From assembly GCA_964106645.2 (NCBI GenBank), contig OZ067043.1: DNA of 64,000 nt. One strand, given 5' to 3'. Position numbers and translations under genes: made by a program. The notes below the pieces were generated by a model. The model saw only the letters and a program-made list of their open reading frames with translations, ran no database searches and was not told the origin of the DNA. Source of the stretch: Podarcis pityusensis (taxonomy: Eukaryota). Below are positions 11,401 through 23,400 of this stretch, one piece after another. Within the stretch, counting starts at the first letter, position 1; every line of letters starts with the position of its first letter.

Positions 11401-14400
11401 GCTATTCAGTGGGTTCATAACTCATCAGAAAATAGAACCATTAAAATTTGGGGGTTCTTTGAAACAGCACCAAAGGAGCTCAACACAACACCTCTCTTAA
11501 AAAAAGTATGACTGTTTATCCCTTAAGAAAGTACTTACTATGCACCAGATGACAAAGGACATTTCAAACTTGTGAGGGAAGCTAAATATTGATAGGCCTA
11601 GAAATGCAAAAACGCATGTTTCTGAAAGAGAAAAAACAGAGATGAACAGTCAACCAGGCTGGATAATGCAAAACCACATGCATGACCCTTTGATGCTGCA
11701 GTTTATTAGTAGCACTGAATTACTGTGGCCTGAACGGTGTGGGGAATTCTTAAAAGGACAACTTAATACGTATGCAGCTGCATAAATGAACAGGCAGCTG
11801 GAATAGTGTTGTAAAGAGAAATGGAAAGAAGCATTCATGACACCCTGATATTTTCTATTTTCTTCTTAAAGGCTAGTGCCTTCCTAGAAGAGGAAACAGG
11901 GAGTAGGAGTTTCCTCTTCTGCTTCCTTTGCAGAAAGCTCTAAAATTGGGCTGTATCTCCTTTTATGTTCTTAAGTTGGGGGAGCATACATTGAACTGGT
12001 GAACAAAAGCAACAGCAACCCACCCCACCTAATAATTAAAGACCTTGTATGTGTATGCTACCTGTATGAAAACCGTGAGAGAGAGCAGGGACACAGCAGA
12101 GAAACAGATGAGAGCAAATGGATTATACTTTGGATGCACAAAGAGCCTTACATTAACCTAGCAGTTCGAAATCACGTCAAAGTGCAAGTAGATAAATAGG
12201 TACCACTCCGGCGGGAAGGTAAACGGCATTTCCGTACGCTGCTCTGGTTCGTCAGAAGCGGCTTAGTCATGCTGGCCACATGACCCGGAAGCTGTACGCC
12301 GGCTCCCTCGGCCAGTAAAGCGAGATAAGCGCCGCAACCCCAGAGTCGGCCACGACTGGACCTAATGGTCAGGGGTCCCTTTACCTTTAACTAGTTTATC
12401 AGGAGTAGACAACTGCATGTGCTTAGAATTAATTAATGTGTTTAGCAATTAACAATGTTGGACTAGGACCAGTGAGAAGAGGGCTCAGCCATGAAGCTCA
12501 CTAGTTGACCTCAGGCCAATCATTTGTCTCTCAGACTAACCTACCTCGCAGGGTTATTGTGAGGATAAAATAAGGAGCAGGAGGAGAACAGTGTGCACCA
12601 CCCAGAGCTCCTTGGATGAAAAGTATGACATAAATGTGATGGTGATAATAACAATAATGTAATCCCCACTTAAAATGACAGACAAAAATAGCTAAAATAA
12701 GGCAATATCAGAAAGGATGGGCTATGCAGAGAATACTTTTTTAGTCACTTTATATTCTTTTGTATTCATTTGTTACCAGGTCCCCCCCCCAAAAAAAAGT
12801 TTCTTTATATCCAAAAGCTTTTAACAGCAATGTAGGCATGTTGCATCTCCTAAATCTAAAAATAGCCTAGAGGGGGAAAGGAGTCAAAGAGATCTATTTT
12901 GTTATCAATCTTGTGGCAAGTCTTAGCCAGAGCCCGGAGGATGAGGGAGAGAAAAAGATTTACTGCACATTTTATCTTGTTTGGCAGTAAAGGTGACTTT
13001 AGACTGCTTGGCAGACTCCGTATTAGTAAGTCGGAAATGTGTGGAAGAGATACTCCCCTGGCTACAGGAACATTTCTCTCTCTGCCTATAATTCATGTCT
13101 CTGAATGGCTTTAAACGGTGGTTAGATGAATTCAGATGTGATCGTTCTGGCAGCGGCTGCTACCCAAGGTATCTTAAGTGTCCAGGTTCACAGGCAGGGG
13201 AGGCTGAGGGACAACAGCAGAGGCGAGACATCACCTCCATGCTGGCTTTCCCAGAAACATCTGGATATCCAGTGATGTCCAAGACATTGAACTAGATCAG
13301 GGATGGAGAATCTGTGACTCTTCAGATGTTACTGGACTCTGACTCCCATCATTCCTAGTCATGCTGGTGGGGGCTGATGGGAGTTGGAGTCCAACAACAT
13401 CTGGAGGGCCGCAGGTTCACATCCCTTAGATCCAGTGAGACTCTTATGATAACTTGAAACCACTGCTACTTGCTCAAGGTGGGGCACAGGGTTTTCTTCC
13501 TTGCCATTTGATCCTAACAACAAGCCTGTGAGGTAGGTTAGGATGAGAGACTGTGAGTGACTTGTTCAAGGCCACCCCTTGAGCTTCATGGCTGAGTGTG
13601 GATTTGAACCCTGGCCTCTCGAGTCCTAGTCCAGCACTCCACCCACTAGGCCACACTGCCTCTCACGCATCATGCTGTGCAGAATAACTCCTAACCACAC
13701 TGCCCTGAGCTCCATGGCAGGATACAAATGTGAGAAACAATTCCCTGGTCAGGGTTTTTTAATGTCTGATGCTCTATTGAGTTTCAGTTTGTTGGAAGCT
13801 GTCCAGTGGCTGGGGCAACTCAGTCAGATGGGCAGCATATAAATGATTAATAATAATAATAATAATAATACAGTCATACCTTGGATCCCAAACGCTTTGG
13901 TACTCAGACGTTTTGGCTTCCGAACGCCGCAAACCCGGAAGTGAGTGCTCTGGTTTGTGAACGTTCTTTGGAAGCCAAACGTCTGAAGGGGCTTCCGTGG
14001 CTTCCGAATGGCTGCAGGAGCTTCCTGCAGCCAATGAGAAGCCACGCTTTGGTTTCCGAACATTTTGGAAGTCAAACGGACTTCCAGAATGGATTCCATT
14101 TGACTTCCAATGCACGACTGTAATAATAATGGCAAGCCAGTCTATAGCTACATGAGAGCTACATGAGTGTCTGGATAATCAGGAATTGTTTGAATAGCTG
14201 AAGTTCAGATTAAGGAGACCAAGAAGAAGACAGCATATACCACACATGAAAGCAACGGTCCTCAGTGTCTGCTGCATTAGGATCTGTGTAACCGGCGAGA
14301 GGTTATGGTGAGTGTAGTGAGACATCACGATGCCAGAGAACAAGATAGCCATGATACCTGGAGAAACAACAGCACAAATCAGATAAATATTATTTCACGT

Positions 14401-17400
14401 ATCAATGCATAACCTTACAAATCTCCCTCAGCTCTTGCTCATCCCAGACCAATTAGCAAAACATCAACACTGCTCTGTGATGCAGAAAACGGAATGGGGA
14501 AAATAAATCAGGAAGTGAGCCCTACTCCACCTTTGGGTGTAAGTTGTTGCATCGACATTGTACAATTAGTTTGGCCAGCTGCCAAAGGCGCCTCAATCAT
14601 CTGGTTCAACCTGGGCAAACATAGCCAAACTTGTCACTGTCAGGCTTAAAGGACATTTTTATGAGCTCTAAAAGCACAGAAGCTCCTATATATGCAAGGG
14701 CTTCCTTATTCTTTTCAAAACTGGAGACAGCTCGGAGGATGGATGCTGATGTTTAGGCATCTTTGAGATTAATGGGAGGCAGTCCCTGCTTATGACGGAG
14801 CCTCAGGTTTGTGCTGAAGCTCCTAAAGCACTTTGGATCGGGCTACCGAGCTGCATCACCGTATGAGAGGCTGAATCCACATGTTTTCTGCCTTAGGGTT
14901 AGAAGAGCTATAAATCAAAACATCTACAGGCCAGGAAACAGCACCATCTGTCCTTCCACAGCATGCGCTGCCCAGATTTCAGGGGGGGAAGCTTACAAGA
15001 AACCAAGAAGGAAATAAAATATTTTCTGGGATAGCAGATAACACTGGACTACATACAGTCTGTGAATATACTGCTTTCATCATCAACAATATTCTCACCC
15101 TTCAATGCAGTTAGTAAGCCAGCTCAGGGGGTGGGAGGGGCGGAATCTGAAGTGGTCCCTTCAAGATGAGCACATTTATTGTGGCACAAGGTTTCCTGGG
15201 TGAAAGCCCACTGAAACTCAGAAAGCACTATTAACTTGGTACTTTCTTTAGCAAAAGCAGTTTAAAGGACTGGTGAGGTTTGGCTACAAGTTGGTTGAGC
15301 TGGAATGGAAAAGAATATGGCTCAGAGCAAGTTACTTTGAGCATTATAGCCTTGCCGGTCAGCAAAATTGGTTAGAGCATGGGGCTGATAATGCCAAGGT
15401 CACAGGTTTGATCCCCATATGGGTGCATTTTCTGGCATTGCAGGGGGTTGGACTAGATGATCCATAGGGTCCCTTCCAGCTCTGATTCTATGTACGTATA
15501 TATGTATGTAGTTTGGGACTTTGAGTCAAGGTTGGAGTCTACTATAATTACAGAAGCCCAAATTTTTTTGAGTTGATGCTTCTTAGTAACTTAGTTTTGA
15601 GAGACTATTTTTTTTAATATTTCAATTTTTAAAACAAAATTTATATAAGATTTACTGCATAACTTGTGATTTATCAAACTAAAGGCATCTTGCCAACTAT
15701 TCAGCAGGTGAGCTCATTCAAGCTTCTACGGAACTGATTTTTTAAATTTATTTTTTCAAGCAGACAGAAAAGTGGGTTGAACGTAGCTAAAGCCATGATT
15801 CTTTGGCATCCCCCCCCCAACTGTGACTGTGGTCTCAGAGGCCATCTGAAAGTACACCGAAGATCCTGAACTATGGTTTTAAAGCTAAGCCCATTGATTC
15901 AAAGTCCCTGTGTACTTTCTATGTATTCACAGAGCTGGAAGAAGCAGGCTGAGATATTTTCCAGTAGGGAAATCACCGCATGTACCATCCACAAAAGTGA
16001 GATCACACATGACACGTCACCAAACTCCACCTAGACAGCATTTGCCCAGGTCTGAGGAATTTCACTCAGATGTGCAAGTGCTTGCACAAAGGAAATGAAA
16101 AACTTCCTATGCAATCAGGACTGGGCTACAGGCACAAAAAGGGGCCAAGCCCCTGCAGCATTAGAACACAGATAGTGATCTGATAGTAGCTGACAGGCTC
16201 AGTAAACCTCAGTGTTTCCATAATCCCTTGGCTGATTTTTTTAAAATGCTCAGTTACGTAATAACTCAATTTGCCCAATGTAATTCCTAACACTTCATTA
16301 AGTGTTTATTAAATCGCTGAATGGGCTCCAAATTTCTAATTATTAATAGTTCCACGGTTTCCCAGATTTCATCTGGGATGCACTGCTACAGAAGGGTAAA
16401 CATGGGATCATCGGGGTCGCCTTAGGATGGGGAGGTTTTTAAAGAAGGCTGATCGCCGAAGAATTGATGCTTCTGAATTATGGTGCTGGAGGAGACTCTT
16501 GAGAGTCCCATGGACTGCAAGAAGATCAAAACTATCCATTCGGAAGGAAATCAGCCCTGAGTGCTCACTGGAAGGACAGATTATGAAGCTTAGGCTCCAG
16601 TACTTTGGCCACCTCATGAGAAGAGAAGACTCCCTGGAAAAGACCCTGATGTTGAGAAAGATGGAGGGCACAAGGAGAAGGGTACGACAGAGGATGAGAT
16701 GGTTGGACAGTGTTCTTGAAGCTACCAGCATGAGTTTGACCAAACTGCGGGAGGCAGTGGAAGACAGGAGTGCCTGGCGTGCTCTGGTCCATGGGGTCAC
16801 GAAGAGTCAGACACGACTAAATGACTAAACAACAACAACAGAATGGGGAAGAGCTTGAAAATCCACTCTACATTCTATGTGCCAATACACAAGTGTTGCC
16901 ATCGTAAGTGAAATGGAAGTGGCCATCAAAAGAGCTGCTTCATGTCTGCCTTAGATGAATTAGATTCACTGTGTAAGCTGTTAGCAGTCGTCCATCATGC
17001 CTCCTATGGAATCATAAAGGAACAACCAGAAAGGGAAGGAATAGGGCACCTCTTACATGTAAAGCAAGATGGATTTCAAGCTCTGATGCTTGAGATGAAT
17101 GGCAGGCAGGCTTAGATGGAACAGACACATCAGAGAGCCACCATGGTGCAGAGGTTAGAGCGTTAGACTAGGATGTGGGCAACCGGGGTTCGAATCCCCA
17201 CTCAGACATGAAGCTCCCTGGGTGAGCCTGGGCCAGTCATTGTCTCTCAGCCTAGCCTACCTCACAGGGCTGTTGAGAGGACAGAACAGAGAAAGAATTG
17301 TATGTGCCATCTTTGAGCTTCTTGGAGGAAAGATGGAAAGAAATGTAATAATAAGAACTATAAAACTTGTGGCAAATCAAATGGGAGTTTTCTTAAGTAT

Positions 17401-20400
17401 TTGCAGAAAGAATGAGGGAGAATGTTTCAAATTCTGTATGCAGAAACCACCACTATTTGACTGTAATCTTTCATACCCACCCACCTGTGAATATAATAAA
17501 TGCAAATGGACTTATGTCAAGTCACAACCCCCCAGATGCTTTAGAGGAGCACTTAGGCTCCTTACATTACGTTTCATGGTGATTAAACATGCATTTCCTT
17601 CCAAGTCTTAATTCAAGATCCCTTATTTGGTGGCGGGGGTAGGGGTGGGGAGGAGAGTAGGAATGATGTTAAAAACAGGAGATTGTGTTCCAAGTTCCAT
17701 TATATCAGACTCTGGAAAGGGACCTGGGTTTCCTGAAGCACCCTTGTTGGTGCTAATGTAGCATTAGCCTTGGGACTAATGTAACCACACGGGTTACATT
17801 ATGAGCAAAAAGTGTTGGAACTGACTACAAAGCAGGCTTAGATCCATCAATAAGGAGGGAACTTCCTCTTCTCTTCCTATAGACATGACTAAGTTCAACC
17901 AATAACTTTATTTATACAGTGGTACCTCAGGTTAAGTACTTAATTCATTCCGGAGGTCCGTTCTTAACCTGAAACTGTTCTTAACCTGAAGCACCACTTT
18001 AGCTAATGGGGCCTCCTGCTGCCGCTGCGCCGCTGGAGCACGATTTCTGTTCTCATCCTGAAGCAAAGTTCTTAACCTGAAGCACTATTTCTGGGTTAAC
18101 GGAGTCTGTAACCTGAAGTGTATGTAACCTGAAGCGTATGTAAGCTGAGGTACCACTGTACAGTGGTACCTCGGGATGCAAACGGGATCCGTTCTGGAGC
18201 CCTGTTCGCATCCAGAAGCAAACCTAACTAGCGACAGCACGTCTGCGCACGCGCGTGTCGCTTTTCACCGCTTCTGCGCATGACGTCACTTTGAGCATCT
18301 GCGCATGTGGCGAAACCCGGAAGTAACGCGCTCCGTTACTTCTGGGTTGCCACGCAGCACAACTCAAACACGCTCAACATGAAGCATATTCAACCCAAGG
18401 TATGACTGTACTACCTGAGTATCAACTTCATACGACGCATGGCTCTTGTACAGCTGTTCTTTCTTCTACCTAGAATGTACAGCCTGAGTACACATCCCAC
18501 CTTGTTCCTTCCCCTGGGTAAAAGTAACTCAGACCAACACCAGGTTTATATGCATTGGGGATTTAAACCCACTATCCATCCCCTCTCTTTCAGTCTCAGA
18601 CTGGAGGTTGGGTTCCAGGATACAAATAAACCAAGCATTAGTTTTGGTTAGGTAATACCTTCTACCCTGAGCTACTGGGGTAGAACAAAAGCATGCACTG
18701 ATCTGAAACAGTGCATTTCCCACATTGTGGAGTTTCTCTACAAAATGTACTAGAGCTCAAGCAACCTCCAGAAGTAGCAGAAGAGCTTTTTATTTGGATG
18801 CAACATAGCGGACGCAGAGTCTACTGAAGACTCTGTAGCACAAATTTGGCGCATGAGCTCTACAGCCTTTGCAGAAAATTGTGGACAAGAAATATGTCAA
18901 AGAAGCAGAAAGTTCTGACGATCCCAACAGACTGTATATCTTTTTGACAATCTGAAGAGGCCTTGGGCTTATTCGTTTTGCAATTTACCTGAGAGAGAAA
19001 TGCCTTCTGCAAGTCCGTAGGGAAGATAAGCAAAGATGATCATCATTCCAAACTCCAGGGAAGGAGTTTTCCGTAAATCAATATGCTTCAGCACGTTAAT
19101 ATCAAAGAGTTAAGCAAAATAAAAGAAAGATACGGGAGCAGGAAAATTGGATAAATACAAAAACAGTTCTTTTTTGACCAGAGGAGAACAAGAGGGCTGG
19201 TGGTGGAGGTCCCATAGTGAACCAATATATAGGAACCATGAGATATACCCTGTGCAAAGCAGAGGTCTGGTATTCTTCTCTGCATGCTGTATAGTGCAGC
19301 GGCAGGCAATGTTGTACACTCCAGATATCCAAGTCCCATCAGCCCCAGCAAACATGACCAATGATCATGGATGGTGGGAGTTGTAATCCAACACCATCTG
19401 GAGGGCACCACATAGGCTATGCCTGATATAGTTTCAAGTAGAACAATAGATGGTGTTTTCCTGCCATGTGGTGATGCTCTGTCGGAAGAATCGAATTTTA
19501 AAGGCTCCAACAAGCAGGGCAGGCCCACTCTGCATACAAATGCCTGGTTTGCACAACACACTAGGCCAAATCATGGTCTATCAACGTTGCAGAACTGTCC
19601 TGGCTCCTGGAGTGGAGCTTGCAGCCACTTTGCTCCTCACTGGTCCTTTTTGATGCCACGTGGCACTAAGCCAAGGTTTGCCCTAGCATGTTGTCCAAAC
19701 TGGGACAAGTGGCTGGCTAAGCTCTCTCCTCATTCGCCACAAGGTGAAAGCAAGGATTTGTCCATTAATTTCAGTGGATCTACTGTGAATATGACTTAGT
19801 AGGATATCCCCCTGTATTTTTCACCTTGCAAACTACACTGGAATCAGTTTAGGGAAGGACAGTATAATAAATGCTTTACCTAAATAAATAAAATTATTAG
19901 AAAGCCTGTGACCCAGAAACATGCATTTTTCATCCAAATCATTCAGCTGTATGATGGTAACAAATAATGTAAGTTGCCTTTTGCCTTAACACATTATTAT
20001 GCTCCAGAGCTAAGGTTCTACTTTTTTGAAATGGAAAAATTTAATAGAAGGGAAACTGAACTACTCGCCTCCTCATTTTTGTTCTTCAGTTCTCAGCTGT
20101 CAATGATCAAAAGATGAAAAGGTCATCTTCCCACCAACCCAGCTCAACCACAAAGGTTCAATTTAACAAAATAACCCCATTCAGTGTTTGCATTAGGAAT
20201 GACATGAAAAAGACCATTTGGCTAAAGTTTGCTTTTTTATTAAAAAAAATCTATTATTTACATTAAAAATATACTCTGCCTTTGAAATATACATGCACTG
20301 CACTATTTTGAAATCGCCAGCTTGTTTTCCATTTTTTTTCCTCCAGAAATCTTTTGAAGCTGCTTAACTGGTGTTGAATTACATACCACCTGCACTTCCC

Positions 20401-23400
20401 TGACTTTGCAAGATGAAGTCAGTTGGAGATGAAGTCAAGCACCATTAAAAACGCAAGACTATGTCAGCACAAAGGAGACACAATCTCTGCAACCCTAGAT
20501 GCGGCTCTAGTGGAGGGACTCTGGAGTTCAAGCTAGTATGGAAAGCCAATTCAGTTTTACATAAATCCTTAATGAATGAGAATGATGGCCCAACAAGCGG
20601 TATATACGTTTGGGGCTATGATGCACAATTAATCTTTCTCTTTTTCTTCCCCTCCCCCCTCCTCCTCCCCCCTCCCCAAGAGTTGAAGGACAACTTACTA
20701 AGCATTGAATCATATGAAGCTATAGTGGGAGGGGAGGAATTTCCCCAAATTGGGCAGAAGAATTTCCCCAAATTGGGCAGAAGTCGGGCAGAATCCCTAA
20801 TCTGCTTATGGGATGTTTTATACATATGAAAACTGGAGCATATGCTAACAAAAATGACCCATTACTGAAAATGGAATTACTGCATTAGGACTAGCACAGC
20901 AAACAATCAGCATATTTATACCCCTCTATTAGTATGTGTGATGAGCTATTATACAGTAGCTTATGCCTTAATGAGAGCTGCATAGAAATGCAACGGTTTA
21001 ATGCGATCCAAAATCACTGCCCACTGGCACTGCTACAATTAAAAACGAAATGGAAGAGAGGGAACAGAATGCCAACAAAAAGGCTTTTGAGGTTTTTGGG
21101 TTTTGTTTTGTTTTTTAAAAAAAGATAATCTCCGTATGAAACATGACCGAGGGTCATTATTAAAATGGAAAGGCATTCTGCTTTATGCATCTGCTTTACT
21201 TTACCTAAAAGCAAAGGATATTACTGCAGAAATAAGGCCGGTTAGAGTTCCCAGCGCTGCGGAACCAAAGAACATCTTCAGAAAGTAACCCAAGGCCTGC
21301 AGAAAAGTTTGCCATCCACTCACATCTGACGTATGTTCTCTTGTCAAGCCTTCTGCTGTGCTGGGAACAATTAAAAAAAAAAGGACAAGGAAAGAGGCTA
21401 CATATTTGAATCTTATGACTTGCAAGCTCCGCACCATTAAAAAAAAACCTCATCAACCTCTATTTCTTTGTTGAAACTGCTCTTAAAATGCTTTTACTGT
21501 GATATAACAAGTAGAATGTCAAGAGGCATTAAATCAAGTGCTGATGCAATCCCCCCCAGGGGGAAACGCAACTCTACTGAAAAAACAACAATAATCTGGA
21601 AGTCTAGCTTCGCTTTGTGTGATGCTCTTAAGCAATGGTACAAAATAAGCCAGGAAGATGCCTGCTGCAGCAAAATAGATGGGAATATGTCTAAGCAAAG
21701 AGGAGATGCACTTTTTAAGACTAAACCCACCAGCAGAAGGCCCAGACACACACACACTCTCTCTCTTTCTGTGTGTGTGTGTGTTACAATGCTGGATAGA
21801 TCCTGCCTCCTTGGAAAATATTATCTACGAAAAAAGAAGGTGCTCTTTCCTTTGATCAACAAGGCAGGTGAGAATGTGGGAGGGAAGCATTCTGTGTGTA
21901 AGCAGGGATCAAAGGGAAAAGGCAGATCAGGACATTGGAGGTGAATAAAACTGGAAGGCTGAGACCCTTGGGATTATAAACAAAGCATCAGGTCATAAAG
22001 CTAAGTACACTTAGGGAATAGGGCTATTTCATATGTTATCTGGAGGCAAAGGGGGGGTCTGACAGCAAAATGCTGCAGCCAAAAATCACAACTCCCTGAC
22101 AAGCAAAGAGGAACATTATGGCATGTACTTACTTTGTTAACACAATTGAGACAGCATCGTTGAGAATACTTTCCCCAAAGACCAACATGTTAAGCACAGG
22201 ATCCACATTGAGAGCATTAAAGATAGCAATGGTAGCTACTGGATCGACAGCGGAGATCAGGGAGCCAAAAGCAAAGCTGTACAAAAAGGAAAAAACAAAA
22301 GTGTTAGCATTGTTTTCAAACTATTTAACGCTACTGTACATGTAATAATAAGCATCGCTGAGCAGTCCTGGGATGCATCAATGGATTAAAAAAAAAAAAA
22401 TCAGTTTTAACAGGAGTGACTTTTCACACTGGAAGACAACAGCTACCAAAAACTATGTGGCAATATCCTTTTCAAAATCCTTTTGATCAATCTGTTAAGT
22501 GAAATAAACTATTACCAAATCAAATGTGTGTGTCTGTGTGTCACTTTGAACTGATTCCCACCATGCTACTAATTCAAAATGAAGGTTGTGAGCATCCTGG
22601 AGCAACCCAGTCAGATGGGTGGGGTACTACTACTACTACTACTACTACTAATAATGTTTAAGTTTTAAAGAACAGGGCACTGTTAACAAAGAAAGAAGCA
22701 GCTGGGAAAGTTCTGCTACCCATTAACTGGCCAACTCTGAGTGAAAACCAGCAGGCATTATCTCGCCAGTGATCATCATAAGCTGAGAAATCATTTACAC
22801 CTGCTTTTCAGATTTCTCAGCAGTTGCACTTCTGCTTTTGCAAGTACATATTTTTGATCAAACGTCCGTCATATTTAGCAGTAGTGGCTTGTACCCCCGG
22901 GAGGGTAGGGCAGAAGGCAAGGAGACCAACAGCAGGTGCAGCCTGAGGCAATGGCAGGCATAGCCAACTAATTCTAGTTTTGTCTCCACCCTCCTCTCTA
23001 CTGAGATCTACAAGCATAACACAGAGTTTAAGAAGGAAGAAGTTGATAGGCAGTCCTGCTCCTTGGATTGGTTGTAGGTATGAAGGCATGCAAGTGGGGG
23101 CTGGTTGAGGGTAGATCCCCCTTTCCCTAAGGGAGCAGTATTTGCAATGGTTACCCATGCCATTTCTCTTTAGACACAAAGCATCACTATTAAGTGATGC
23201 TTAATAACAAGCCAACTGAAACGTTATAATTAATACAGAACAAAGTGGTGCAGATGAAACTAAGGTGACTTCTTATCCACAATTAATAGACTGGAAGGGC
23301 TCGGTACAGAATTGTGTCCTCCTTCTCCTGCATCTCCTGCCCTCCCTGGCACAAATTTCCACATTAGCCATAGCTGAGAACTGAATCAGCATGGAATGAG

